A stretch of 64,000 bases of DNA, taken from contig NC_073389.1 of the NCBI RefSeq assembly GCF_028641065.1, positions 8,804,001-8,868,000 of the forward strand, written 5' to 3'. Source of the DNA: Leucoraja erinacea (lineage: Eukaryota). Both the position numbers and the translations under genes were made by a program. Under the pieces are notes generated by a model, which was not told the origin of the DNA, made no database searches, and saw nothing but the letters and a program-made list of their open reading frames with translations. Below are positions 12,609 to 25,760 of this stretch, one piece after another. The first letter of the stretch is position 1. Every line of letters begins with the position of its first letter.

Positions 12609-12869
12609 GCGAGTGTTAGTGAGACACATGGTGCCAAGTGTGAAAGGGTCAGTAGACATTTGGGTCTGTTTAGTGAGAATGGGATGTGTGGATTGTGCAG
12701 GAATGCAGGACAGGACAAACTCTGATGGGGCTCATGGATACCCTGGAGCAGGGCAAGCAAACTGGAGGCAGGGACAGAGCTGGTGATGCTGTGGACATGG
12801 AACAGGACAGATGTTGTGATGGGGCAGGAGTATGGTCACAAGCTCATCTCTTGATGAAGACAGGTGTGA

Positions 12870-14490
12870 CACTCAGTGATATTAAAGAAAATCCCAAAGC
12901 TTTTTACACCAACATTAAATGCAAAGTGCTAACCAGGGATAAGGTGGGACTGGCTCAAAGATAAAGGAGGGACTTTATGCTTGCAGGCTGGCGATGTAGA
13001 CGAGGAACTGAAATAATAGTTTGCATCTGTCTTCATCAAGGAGAAGGTCATGGAAGACAGTGAGATCAATGTGGAGAATACTAATGTGCAAGGGCAATTT
13101 GGGATTAAGAAGGAGGAGGTGCTAGGGCTCTTGAAGAGCATTAAGGTGGATAAATCCCCAGGATCTATCCTAAATTATTGAGAGAGGCAAGAGAGAATAT
13201 TGCAGGATCCTTGACAGAGATCTTTGCATCTTTTGTAGCCCGCAGAAGACGTCCCGGTGGACTGGAGAATAGCTAATGTTGAAGTAGAGGGAATCACAGG
13301 CTGTTGAGTCTCACGTCCATGGAAGGGGAACTATTGGAGAGAATTCTTTGGGATAGGATTAATTCCCTTTAGGAAGAGAATGGATTGATTAGGGACAGTC
13401 AGCATGGCTTTGTAAATGGCAGGTCGTGTCTTACTAACTTGATCAAGTTTTTTTGAGGAGGTGACAAAAGTGATTGATGAGGGTAGGGCAGTGGATGTTG
13501 TCTACATGGATAAGGCACTTGATAAAGTCCCCCATGGCAGGCTGATCAAGAAGAATAAGATGTGCGGGATTAACATTGACTTGGTGGTATGGATTTGGAA
13601 CTGGCTCATTGATAGAAGACAGATGGAAGGACAATTTTCAGGGTGGAAGTCTATGACCAGTGGAGTTCCACGGGGATCTGAGCTTGGACCTTTGCTGTTT
13701 TTGATATATATATATATATATATAAATAACTTGAATCTAAACGTAGACGGGTAGGTTAGAAAGTTTGCAGATGACACCAAGATTGCTGGGATTGTGGACT
13801 GTGATGGGACTGTCCCACTTAGTCAGCGCCGGCAGCAACCTACAACCTACATCACCTGGCGACAACATACGTTCCAACCTATGGCAGCCCAAATTGTCGC
13901 CACTGTTGCCGAATATTTTTCAACATGCTGAAATTATTTTGGCATTTGCCTGTTGTCGCCTAAAAAATCGCCTAAGTGGGACAGGCCCATGAGGAAGGCT
14001 GTCAAAGTGTACAGCGGGATATAGATCAGGCACAAAAATGGGCGAAGAAATGGCAGATGGAGTTTAATACGAGCAAATGTGAGGATATTAGTTTGGTTCT
14101 GCTGCCTTTGGAGTATTGCATGCAGTTCAGTCACCCCATTACAGGAAGGATGTGTCGGCTTTGGGAAGGGTGCAGAGGAGGTTTACCAGAATGATGTCTG
14201 GATAAGGGGGTATTAGCTACATGGAGAGATTGGACAGACTTGGATTGATTTCCCGGGAATACTGGAAGTTGCGGGAAAACCTGACGGAAGTATGTAAAAT
14301 TATGAGATCCATAGACATGGTGGACACCCAGGATGGAAAAGTCAAATACTCGAGGGCATACCTTGATGGTGAGGGTTTAAATGCGATGTGCGGGAAATTC
14401 ACAGAGGGTGGTGAGTGCTCGGCATGGTGTGTTAGAGGAATTTAAAAGATTTTTGGATGGCGTATGGATATGCATGGAATGGAGGGATAT
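12870..14490 (+). mobile_element. CR1 LINE ORF2 fragment (degenerate RT), interrupted by a MITE
   Basis: IKENPKAFY; SQHGFV...SCLTNL; AVDVVYMDKALDKVPHGRL; SGVPRGSELGPLLF; KFADDTK. Confidence 0.9.
13805..13989. mobile_element. PIF/Harbinger-type MITE, subfamily C, inserted in CR1
   Basis: TGA|tgggactgtcccactt...aagtgggacaggccca|TGA; removing it restores CR1 gtggactgtgaggaagg. Confidence 0.85.
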
Positions 14491-14924
14491 TGGAAATCAG
14501 TAGATATATGTGTGTAGGCAGGAACTGCGGGTGCTAGTTTACACTGAAGATAGATACAGAATTCTGGAGTAACTCAGCGTTACAGGCAGCATCTCTAGAG
14601 AGAGAGAATTGGTGACGTTTTGGGACATCACCCATTCCTTCCATCCAGCAATAGACAATAGACAATAGGTGCAGGAGTAGGCCATTCGGCCCTTCAAGCC
14701 AGCACTGCCATTCAATGTGATGATGGCTGATCATCCCCAATCAGTACCCCGTTCCTGCCTTCTCCCCATATCCCATGACTCTGCTATCTTTACGATCCCT
14801 GTCATGCTCTCTCTTGAAAGTATCCACAGAACCTGCCTCCACCGCCCTCTGAGGCAGAGAATTCCACAGATGCTGCCTATCCCGCTGAGTTGCTCCAGCA
14901 TTTTGTGTCAACACAAAATTTTGT

Positions 14925-15505
14925 GAGTACAGGGTCTTGGTGAGACCACACCTGGAGTAATGCGTACAGTTTTGGTCTCCTAATCTGAGGAAGGACATTC
15001 TTGCCATAGAAGGAGTACAGAGAAGGTTCACCAGACTGATTCCTGGGATGGCAGGACTTTCATATGAAGAAAGACTGGATAGACTCGGCTTGTACTCGCT
15101 AGAATTTAGAAGATTGAGGGGGGATCTTATAGAAACGTACAAAATTCTTAAGGGGTTGGACCGGCTAGATGCAGCAAGATTGTTCCAGATGTTGGGGAAG
15201 TCCAGAACAAGGGGTCACAGTTTAAGGATTAGGTGGAAATCCTTTTGGACCGAGATGAGAAAATCATTTTTTACACAGAGAGTGGTGAATCTGTGTGGAA
15301 TTCTCTGCCACAGAAGGTAGTTGAGGCCAGTTCATTGGCTATATTTAAAAGGGAGTTAGATGTGGCCCTTGTGGCTAAAGAGGAGGTATAGAGAGAAGGC
15401 AGGTACAGGATACTGATTTGGATGATCAGCCATGATCATATTGAATGGCGGTGCAGGCTCGATGGGCCGAATGGCCTACTCCTGCACCTATTTTCTATGT
15501 TTCTA
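14925..15505 (+). mobile_element. CR1 LINE 3' fragment
   Basis: LVRPHLE...MAGLSYEERLDRLGLYSLEFRRLRGDLIETYKIL, then a 3' UTR ending ttctatgtttctat. Confidence 0.9.
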
Positions 15506-16148
15506 TCTTTGGCATATAAGTGATGGTCTTGGAATCATGCTTGGCACAAACATCGTGCTGTACAGTTCTACGTACTAAGGTTGAGAACAGCCTAATTCAG
15601 TTCCAGAGCGGCCTAGAATTTTGAGGGTGCCTGCAGAGGCATGTTGAACAGTCACATCTGCAATCATGGGTTGTTGATCGGTCTGTGGTTAGCTGGAGGA
15701 CTGAGGCCAGTGTCTAGTGGCAGTGGGGAAGGCACTATGTGAGCCTGGTATATCAGTGAATGGAGGATTAGTCTAGAGAGTTTAGCAAGTAGTGGGGATG
15801 GCCGACAAGGGACCCTGAGGAGTGAGCACTTGAATAAAGAGACTGATCCATATTACATTACACATACCAGGCGTTACAGAGGCATTGCCTGTCTACTTCC
15901 AATGCTGGTCAGGGAACAGGCTGCTCATGCGTTTCCAACCACAAATCTGGGGAATGACATTAGGATGTGCATTGCATGTTGCTGCATCTGCCTGGGATTG
16001 TTGACATCAAAAAAACATGGAGCAACTTCAATGGAACTTATAACTTTATGGTCCAAGTATTAAACCACTCGATATCCTTACTGATTTATTATTTTTGGAA
16101 ACTGGATACCACAGTGCACAGAGATGTAGCACCACACAAGCCACTCCA

Positions 16149-16372
16149 TGTGCAGGAAGGAGCTGCAGATGCTGGTTTACACCGAAGATAGACACAAAAA
16201 GCTGGAGTAACTCAGCGGGACAGGCAGCATCTCTGGAGGGAAGTAATAGGTGACGTATCGGGTCAAGGCCGTTCATCAGATGCGATGAAGGGTCTCGACC
16301 CGAAACATCACCTATTCCTTCTCTCCAGAGATGCTGCCTGATCCGCTGAGTTACTCCAGCTTTTTGTGTCTA
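16149..16372. mobile_element. Palindromic Penelope pLTR pair
   Basis: tagacacaaaaagctggagtaactcagcgg...ccgctgagttactccagctttttgtgtcta; arms about 90 bp. Confidence 0.8.
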
Positions 16373-16738
16373 AGCCATTTCATGGACTGGTTTGTGGTCG
16401 AAAGGTAAGATTCTGGTTTGCAGAGGCTACTTTGAGGTCTGATGAAGCTCTGGGTTGGGACAGCAACCAGGAAAGCATACTGTCAATACAGGGGTTTTCA
16501 GAAATAGGAGTCCACACTCAGTGTAGATGCACAAAGCAAATTATATTTCTTTATGAACTAAAATGTACAAACTGCAATTATACCACCAAGATATTCCATC
16601 CTGTTGATCCATGCTAGAGCCATAGATCCATTCAGCTGCATGTGATATGATAGTTAGTGATACCTCATGCCATGAACTAGAGTTTTAGAGTACAAAATGT
16701 TACCATTCAAGAGCGCACACACCATCTTGGGCAATTAC

Positions 16739-16870
16739 CTGAGTAAGGGTCTCCTGATCGTGAAGCAAAAGTAGTTTGGTTGGTTCCCCTTCGATGCGCT
16801 GCTCCAGCATCAGAGAAAAATGTTCGATGCATTTGATGGAAAGTTTCTCCTGAAGGGTCAGGATCACATC
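16739..16870 (-). CDS. FRMPD4: FRMPD4 internal coding exon, 132 bp ([44 protein letters not shown])
   Basis: gttaacag|GATGTG...ACTCAG|gtaatt, phase 0-0. Found by manual translation; the ORF track shows a different frame here. Confidence 0.95.
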
Positions 16871-17632
16871 CTGTTAACACACACAGAAAAAAAATTCTGA
16901 GATAAATTTTTTGTTGCACAACTGAAACTCATAGGATCATGGAATGAATACAGTGAGGGAGAAGGCCCTTTGGTCTCTTGCCTTCAAGCGGACTCAATAC
17001 CAGAGCGATTCTCCTGTTACATCCCACTAACCCTTTCTCCCCCGACCCACATACACTTATCCAGTTCCCTCGTGAAGGCAACAATTGAACCATCCTCCAT
17101 GTCTGCAGGCCTCATGTTCCACATTACAACCGCGAGCCACGTGAAATATTTTCCTTAAGTTACTCTTCATGTTCTTCCCCTTTATGTCGTGACTGTGACC
17201 TCACAGAGGGTGGGGAGCCCCTGGAATTCTCTCCCCCCAGGAATTGTGGAGTCGAAATCATTGGAGGCTTTTAAACACGAGACAGATGCATGTTTGAATG
17301 ATTGGGAAATTCAAGGCAATGGAGAATCTCACATGTAACGACAACAGAACAACAACATTTTACTTGTTTAGCTTAACAAGCTCGTAAATACAATATCACA
17401 TAACTATCAAATGATTATCAAAAATACAATCAATTAATAACTGCAACCATAATCCTTGAATCTAACTCCTCCCTGAAAGATAACGTAAAGAAAGTCACGA
17501 GTGTTTTATTGTTATATAAGTCCCAGATAGAACAATGAAATTCTTACTTGCAGCAGCACGATAGAATATGTAAACACAGTACACTGTAAACAATATAATA
17601 AACGAGAACGAAAAAACGTTCAGTGTGTGTAT

Positions 17633-17665
17633 ACACACACACACACACACACGCACACACACGCT

Positions 17666-17711
<46 letters not shown>

Positions 17712-17726
17712 CACATACATACACAT
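17633..17726. repeat. Imperfect (CA)n microsatellite inside a Rex/Babar-type tail
   Basis: Directly visible CA dinucleotide run. Confidence 0.95.
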
Positions 17727-17759
17727 AAAAACCAAACAAACAACATTAAATTGTAACAT

Positions 17760-18205
17760 TAAATTCAAATTCCTGGGTGAAAATATCTCAGATGACTTGT
17801 CCTGAGCCCAGCACATAGATGTGATCATGAAGACGGCATGACAGCACCCTGATTTTATTCTGAAGTTTAAAGAGATTCGACATGTCACTGACACTCCATC
17901 AAATGTCTACAGATGTACTATAGAGGGTTCCCTGACTGGTTGCATCATGACCCGTTGTTGCAATTCCGACGCACAGGAATGCAAGAGGCTACAGAGAGTA
18001 CTGGACTCAGCCCAATCCATTGTGGGCACAGCTCTCCACAGCATTGAAAGCATCTATGTGAGGCACCACCTCAAGCAGCATCTATCTCCATGGATCCCCA
18101 CCCTCTGGGCCATGCCCTGGTCTCAGGGCAACATCGAGCAGGAGGTCCAGAAGCTCAGAGACCAGCTTTATGTGATGCTATTTTCCTACAACCAACAGGT
18201 TCTAT
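17760..18205 (+). mobile_element. Rex1/Babar-clade LINE RT C-terminal fragment (degenerate)
   Basis: FKFLGENISDDLS; CKRLQRVLDSAQSIVGTALHSIESIY. Confidence 0.75.
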
Positions 18206-18244
18206 TCCTATTTCAGCCAAGGACAATCGATCACCTATTGCATC

Positions 18245-20160
18245 TTCTTCGATCTCCATAAGGCATTCAACAAGGTTCAGCAAGATAGGCTGCTCTGGAA
18301 GGTTAGATCCCATGGCATTCAAGGAAAGGTAGCTGAATGGATAAAAATTGGCTTCATGGAAGGAAGCTGCGTATGATGATGGAAAGTTGATTATTAAATA
18401 TGTAGTAGCAGCGCATTTGGAAAGCAGTGACGGGATCAGTCAAAGTCAGCATGGATTTATGAAGGGGAAATCATGCTTGACTAATCTTCTGGAATTTTTT
18501 GAGGATTTAACAAATAGAATGGATAAAGGAGAGCCAGTGGATGTGGTGTATCTGGACTTTCAAAAAGCCTTTGACAAGGTCCACACAAGAGATAGTGTGT
18601 AAAATTAGAACACATGGTATTGGGGGTAGGGTATTGACATGGATAGAGAACTGGCTGGCAGACAGGAAGCAAAGAGTAGGAATTAATGGGTCCTTTTCAG
18701 AATGGCAGGCAGTGACTAGTGGGGTGCCGCAAGGCTCAGTGTTGGGACCCCAGTTATTTACAATATATATTAACGATTTAGATGAGGGAATTAAATGTAA
18801 CATCTCCAAGTTTGCGGATGACGCAAAGCTGGGTGGCAGTGTGAGCTGCGAGGAGGATGCTATGAGGCTGCAGGGTGACTTGGATAGGATGGGTGAGTGG
18901 TCAGATGCATGGCAGATGCAGTATACTGTGGATAAATGTGAAGTTATCCACTTTGGTGGCAAGAATAGGAAGGCAGATTATTATCTGAATGGTGTCAATT
19001 AGGAAAAGGGGAGGTGCAACAAGACCTGGGTGTGTTTGTACATCAGTCACTGAAAGTAAGCATGCAGGTACAGCAGGCAGTGAAGAAAGCTAATGGCATG
19101 TTCATTGCGAGAGGAATTGAGTTTAGGAACAAGGAGGTCCCACTGCAGTTGTACAGGGCCCTGGCGAGACAACACCTGGAGTATTGAGTGCAGATTTGGT
19201 CTCTTAATTTGAGGAAGGACATTATTATTGCTATTGAGGGAATGCAGCGTAGGTTCACCAGGTTAATTCCTGGAATGGCAGGACTGACATATGATGAAAG
19301 AATGGATCGACAGGGCTTATATTCACTGGAATTTAGATGGTTGAGACGGGATCATATAGAAACATCTAAAATACTTAAAGGATTGGACAGGCTAGATGCA
19401 GGAAAAATGTTCCCGATATTGGGAGAGTCCAGAACCAGGGGTCACAGCTTAAGAATAAGGGGTAGGCCATTGAGGACTGTGAGGGAAAAAAAATCAACCA
19501 GAGAGTTGTGAATCTGTAGAATTCTCTGCCACAGAAGGCAGTGGAGGCCAATTTAGAAACATAGAAAATAGGTGCAGGAGGAGGCCATTCGTCCCTTTGA
19601 GCCAGCACCGCCATTCATTGTGATCATAGCTGATTGGCCCCAATCAATAACCCGTGCCTGTCTTCTCCCCATATCCCTTGATTCCACTAGCTCCTAGAGC
19701 TCTATCTAACTCTCTTAAATCCATCCAGTGATTTGCCCTCCACTGCCCTCTGTGGCAGGGAATTCCATAATTTCACAATTTCACAACTCTTTGGGTGAAA
19801 ACGTTTTTTCTCACCTCAGTCTTAAATGGCTCCCCTTTATTCTAAGACTGTGGCCCATGGTTCTGGACTCGCCCAACATTGGGAACATTTTTCCTACATC
19901 TAGCTAGTCCAGTCCTTTTATAATTTTATATCCCCTCATCCTTCTAAACTCCAGTGATTACAAGCCTAGTCTTTTCAATCTAAATGTATTGGATGTTTTA
20001 AAGAGAGAGTTAGATTTAGCTCGTAGGGGTAAGGGATATGGGGATAAAGCAGGAACAGGGTACTGATTCTGGATGACCAGCCATGATCATATTGAATGAC
20101 GATGCTGGCTCAAAGGGCCGAATGGCCTACTCCTGCACCTATTTTCTATGTTTCTATGTT
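18245..20160 (+). mobile_element. CR1 LINE ORF2 RT and 3' UTR, with an antisense CR1 3' end nested at about 19553-19985
   Basis: SQHGFMKGKSCLTNLLEFF, VYLDFQKAFDKV, SGVPQGSVLGP, KFADD; frameshifts and stops present. Confidence 0.92.
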
Positions 20161-20164
20161 TCCA

Positions 20165-20530
20165 TGAGGTATAAAATCATGAGAGGATTAGATCGGGTAG
20201 ATGCACAAAGTCTCTTGCCCAGAGTAGTGGGGTTGAGAACCAGAGGACAAAGGTTTGAAGAGAGGGTGGAAAGATTCAATAGGAATCTGAACGGTTACCT
20301 TTTCACACTAAGTGTGGTGGGTAGGGATCAAGCGGCTGGAGGATGTAGTTGAAGCAGGTAATATATGCAACATTTAAGAAACATTTAGACGTGTACATGG
20401 ATAAAATAGGTGTAGAGGTGATATGGGCCAAATGCAAGGCTAGTGGGACTGGTGTAGATGGGACATGTTGGCTGGTGTGGGCAAGTTGGGCCGAAGGACC
20501 TATTTCCATACTGTAAGACTCTATGACTAT
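20165..20530 (+). mobile_element. CR1 LINE 3' fragment (second subfamily; tail shared with HE1 SINEs)
   Basis: YKIMRGLDRVDAQSLLPRV; tail gggccgaaggacctatttcc...gactctatgact. Confidence 0.8.
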
Positions 20531-20832
20531 GAAAATTTAGTTTAGCGCCAACATTTTAATTTTTTGCACATTTTCCTTTTCACTTATGTAAGATTCTTGT
20601 TTAATTTATGATCTTGTGTGTTGTCTGAGTCCATGTGTCCGTTATGCTGCTGCAAGTAACATTTTCATTGTACCTGTAACTCACCGTCCCTGTTCATGTG
20701 ACAATGAACTTGACTCAACTCAGCTCGGTTGAACACATGAGGTAAAATCACATAGTGGTCATGTCACTGACTGGTAATCCAGAGATTGCAGTTACTGTTC
20801 TGGTGATGCAAATTCAAGTCCCACCAGGGTCA

Positions 20833-21154
20833 TTAGTTTAGTTTAGTTTAGTTTAGAGATACAGCGCGGAAACAGGCCCTTCGGTCCTCTGGGTCCGCGC
20901 CGACCAACGATCCCTGCACATTAACACTCTCCTACTCCCACTAGGGACAATTTTTACATTTACCAAGCCAATTAACCTACAAACCAGTAGGCCTTTGGGG
21001 TGTGGGAGGAAACCGAAGATCTCTGAGAAAACCCACGCAGGTCACGAGGAGAACGTACAAATTCTGTACAGACAGCACCCGTAGTCGGCATCGAACCCGG
21101 GTTTCCGGCGTTGCATTCGCTGTAAGGCAGCAACTCTACCGCTGCGCCATCGTG
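20833..21154 (-). mobile_element. HE1/V-SINE inserted into an older tRNA-derived SINE (about 20750-21560)
   Basis: Full-length reverse copy; the flanks gtggtcatgtcactgactggtaatccagag...ttcaagtcccacca and tgccctctgaaat resemble a different, decayed SINE. Confidence 0.8.
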
Positions 21155-21589
21155 AATCAATTTTAATTACTGCACTAAATTGGGAATAAAAATCATGGTG
21201 GTGATTGTATCATGATATCCAACTGTTTTTTCTAATGGTGATTAAGACTGCCACTTTATCTGATCTAGTGTAAATGTAACTCCCGATACCCAACAATTGA
21301 CTGTCATTGCCCTCTGAAATATTCCAGCAAACCACCTTGTTGGATGAAACCTGACCAACTAAAAAAGGTGCCATGGGACTTGGGACACGATAAACATATA
21401 CCCGATGTTTTCCAATCTTCAATGCCCTCACAATCAATTGGACAAATTGGAAGAGTAATCCCACAGAATAGTCCTCCTCCCACAGCTGAGCAGGTCCATG
21501 AGAGATGGCAACACAGTCACAATGCAGATGGGAGGGCAAGTCCTGCTGATGCTAAATAATATTAGATAACAGGAAGCTTCATGATGCCA

Positions 21590-22525
21590 GCCTCTCCCTG
21601 TAGCTAATACCCCATAATCCAGGCATGATTCTGGTAAAACATCTCTGCACCCTTTCCAAAGCCTCTACATCCTTCCTGTAATGGGGCGACCAGAACTGCA
21701 TGCAATACTCCAAATGCAGCCTAACGAAAGTTGCCTACTTTGAAGACATTCTCCTCCTCTCTCCAACAAGAGATCTGTAACACTCTCTCTCGCTGCTCCC
21801 CTTACCCCTCCATTGCTCTAGACTCCCTCTCCCGACTCTCAGTCAGAAGAAGGGTCTCGACTCAAAATGTCACCCATTCCATCTCTCCAGAGATGCTGCT
21901 TGTCCCGCTGAGTTACTCCAGCATTTTGTGTCTATCTTCAGTGTAAACCAGCATCTGCAGTTCCTTCCACACCTAAAGTCCGATAGAGCTGCATCATAAC
22001 TTCCTTACTCTTATATTCAATATCCCGATCATAAGTCTTCTTCACTACTCTATCCACTTGTGTAGCTACTTTCAGGGAAGTATGGACTTGGATGCCAAGA
22101 TTATTTTAAGAATAAGGAGTAAGCCATTTAGAATGGAGACGAGGAAACACTTTTTCTCACAGTGAGTGGTGAGTCTCTGGAGTGGAAATCTCTGCCTCAG
22201 TGAGCAGTCGAGACAGGTTCTCTGGATGCTTTCAAGAGAGAGCTAGATAGGGCTCTTAAAAATAGTGGAGTCAGGGGATAAGGGGAGAAGGCAGGAACGG
22301 AGAACTGATTGGGGATGATCAGCCATGACCACATTGAATGGCGGTGTTGGCTCGAAGGGCCGAATGGCCTACTCCTGCACCTATTGCCTATTGTCTATCT
22401 CTCTTGTACATCAATGCTGTTAAGGGTCATGCCATTAATTGTATATTTTCCTCTTACATTCGACATCCCAAAGTGCAACACTCACACTTGCTCGAATTAA
22501 ACTCTATCTGCCATTTCTCCTCCAA
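21590..22525. mobile_element. Mosaic: minus-strand CR1 interrupted by a Penelope pLTR (about 21750-21972) and a plus-strand CR1 3' end (about 22105-22397)
   Basis: Host CR1 sequence resumes after each insert, e.g. ctaacgaaag...cctaaagtcc. Confidence 0.7.
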
Positions 22526-22677
22526 TTGTGATGGGAAGATTGTGATGGGACACCCTCTATTTACTTGGATGAGTGCCACTGCACCAGTACTCAGCAAGCT
22601 GGACACCATTAGCATCAAGGCAGTCCATTTGAATGGACACCCTATCCACCACCATAATTATCCATGTGCTTTGGAAA

Positions 22678-22997
22678 GGCACGGTGGCGCAGCGGTAGAA
22701 TTGCTGCCTTACAGCCCTTACAGTGCCAGAGACCCAGGTTCGATCCCGACCACGCGCGCGGACTGTATGGAGTTCTTCCCGTTACCGCGTGGGTTGTCTC
22801 CGAGATCTTCGGTTTCGTCGCACACTCCAAAGACATACAGGTTTGTAGGTTGATTGGCTTGGTAGAAAAATGTAAATTGTCAGTAGTGTGTGTAGGATAG
22901 TGTTAATGTGCGGGGATCACTGGTCGGTGCAGAGTCGGTGGGCCAAAGGGCCCGTTTCCGAGCTGTATCTCCGAACTAAAAAAAACTAAACTAAACT
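22678..22997 (+). mobile_element. HE1/V-SINE, full length
   Basis: ggcacggtggcgcagcggtagaattg...ggttcgatccc...ctgtatctccgaactaaa. Confidence 0.85.
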
Positions 22998-24066
22998 TTG
23001 TTACTTGTGTAAGATGAATCATAGTGACTCATTCTTAATAACACCGTTTGAATCTGTGACACTTGCAACTTGAAAGAAGGCAGCACCACATCCAAGTCCT
23101 TTATCAAGTCACACAACATGTTGGCATGGAAATAATATCACAGTCTTACGTTGATGTTGGGTCTAAGTGCCATCCCAGCACTACTTTGAGAACACCTTCG
23201 TCACACTATAAATTACAACAATTTAAGACCATCACCATCAGTGTAATTAGGAACAGGCAATAATTGTTGGCCTAATCAGCAATAATCATGTGTTATGAAT
23301 GAATAAAACATAAATGAAAAAAGTAAAATGAATGTAACTCCAATCAAATGTTATTGCAGTTTCTACATTGCTATTGTTGATTCCTAATGAATATGTAACT
23401 AAATTTACAGTTTCCTCAGAAAATCAGTGAGATTTTACACCTCAGCCCATTTAATTACTGGTATGCCAACATAACTTCAACATTAATATATAAAGTCTGA
23501 CCTTTTGCAAGAGATGACTAAAGCTGAAAGATGCCTGAAATGTCCGGCACTGATTACATCTATGCTTCAGGCAAAGTAAAACAAATTGCATTCATAACTT
23601 TAATTGTGTTTGCAGCTTTCAGATTGCAGCTCTCCTGCCACCAACTCGACACAGAAGGATGCTCAGATATGTGCTCCTCTCTCATCTCTAGTCTACAGCT
23701 ACTCAATGTTCCCTGCAACCTCTCCGGTGTTTCACTTTACAAATGGTTGGTTCGTAATTTTCTCCATAATGCCATTGACTCTTTGGGTTTTGCCTTACAA
23801 ATGATATCTTTTGCTATGAGTACCAAAACACTTACAATTCACTTTGCCTGTGTCTTTTCGATATATGAAATCTCACTTCAACAGAATGTTTTCCATGAAT
23901 ATGCCCCTTTTGTAAATTGAAGAATGGCCGTCCTCCTCTATTTTAGTGTTCTCGATGTGGTGGAAGATACCGACCATCACATGGTCCGCCTTGTTTCGAT
24001 GAATGCAAAGAGATCCTTTGCCCACATAAATCCATGCTGATTACCTACTTCAGATCTGTTTCAGTC

Positions 24067-24876
24067 TGCCTTGGAAGCCTTACCCCATTACTCAAACCTC
24101 ACGTCAAAAACCTTGGCGTGCTATATTGGACTCAGCATTGAAATTTGACAAACAAGTCAATGCTGTGGTAAAAGCTAGCTTCTTCCAGCTTCGGACGATA
24201 GCTAAAATAAAACAATTCCTCCAGTTTGATGACCTCGAAAAGATCATCCACATATTTATCTCCTCCCGCCTTGATTACTGCAACTCCCTTTACACTGGCA
24301 TCAGCCAATCTTCCCTGTCCCGCATGCAACTGGCCCAAAACGCCACAGCGAGACTCCTGACGGGCACCCGAAAAAGGGACCACATCACCCCGATCCTGGC
24401 CTCTCTCCACTGGCTCCCTGTGCGGTTCCGAATAAATTTCAAGATCTTTCCTTATGTTTACAAAGCCCTTAACGGGCTTGCCCCCACCTACATCAAAAGT
24501 CTTCTCACCCACCACACCACCTCCATGTCCCTCAGATCGGCCGACTTGGGGTTACGAAACATCCCGCGGTCTAGGCATAAGCTCGGGCGACTGCGCCTTT
24601 GCGGTTGCAGCTCCTAGACTATGGAACAGCATCCCTCTTCCCATTAGAACTGCCCCCTCCATCGACTCCTTTAAGTTGAGACTTAAAACTCATCTTTACT
24701 CTCAAGCCTTTCTTGACGTCCTCTGAGGGAGGGCTGTATGTATATATGTATGTATTTAAACTATGAACAACTGTATAACATTAGTACCTCCACCAATGTA
24801 AAGCACTTTGGCAAAGGAGAGTTGTTTATTAAATGTGCTATAGAAATAAAAGTGACTTGACCTGACTTGACTTGAC
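24067..24876 (+). mobile_element. L2-clade LINE 3' fragment, well preserved
   Basis: KNLGV, SRLDYCNSL, HITPILASLHWLPV, AFAVAAPRLWNSIP, FKLRLKTHL; tail tgtaaagcactttgg...tgtgctatagaaataaa(gactt)n. Confidence 0.92.
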
Positions 24877-25760
24877 GCCCTAATCTCACTCCCTCTCCCT
24901 CCAGACGCAACAAGGACAGAGTTCCCCTGGTCCTCACCTTTCACCCCAACAGCCTCCGCATCTGACACATCATCATTCGACATTTCCGTCACCTCCAACA
25001 TGATCCCACAACTAATCAATTCTTCCCATCGTCTCCACTTTCCACCTTCTGCAGAGACCATTCCCTCCGCAACTCCTTGGTTCACTCATCCCATCCCATT
25101 CAAACCACTCCCCACCCCCCCAGGCATTTTCCCCAGCAAGCACATTAGATGTAGCACCTGTCCTTACACCACCTCCCTCAACTCCATCCAGGGACCCCGA
25201 CAGTTCTTCCAGGTGAGACTGAGGTGCACAAGTACCTCCTCTCACCTCATCTACTGCATCCGGTGTTCCTAATGTGGACTCTCCTGTACATTGGCGAGAC
25301 CAAGCGTAGACTCAGCGACCATTTCGCTGAACCCTTGCACTGGGTCTGCCAAGGCCCACTGGATCACTCAGTTGCTATCCACTTTAACACCACAACCCAT
25401 TCTCACACTGACCTTTCTGTCCTGTGCTTCCTCCATTACCAGCATGAGGCCACACACAAATTGGAGGAACAGCACCTCACATTTTGCTTGGGTAGCTTAC
25501 AACCCAGAGGTATGAACACTGAATTCTCCAACTGTAGGTGACTTCCACAATCACCTCCCCCCCCCCCCCCCCCCCACCTTCCCCACCACCCCCCATCCCC
25601 CACTAAAATCCATTAACCAGTTACATAGTTTGCAACTTGGGCTCACACCGGTCTCTAGACAACAATCGACATACCTGGGAACCTGCTTTGTCATTCATCT
25701 GTTGCTGCCCCACCGCCCAAACTACAATCATTCCAAACAAGGGTCTTGACCCAAACGTTC
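24877..25760 (+). mobile_element. Penelope-like 3' fragment (linker, GIY-YIG, UTR)
   Basis: RVPLVLTFHP; LIYCIRCS; LYIGETKRRLSDHFAE...EEQHLTFCLGSLQPRGMN. Confidence 0.88.

Noticed and set aside
18348-19511. Reverse transcriptase ORFs as a possible intact or domesticated gene
   Set aside because: Multiple frameshifts and stops; an ordinary 5'-truncated CR1 copy.
23531-24060. 129-aa plus-strand ORF and a minus-strand GTAAGT donor at 23835 in unique sequence
   Set aside because: No recognisable domain; all three minus-strand frames upstream of the donor contain stops and there is no good acceptor. The FRMPD4 exons on either side already join in frame.
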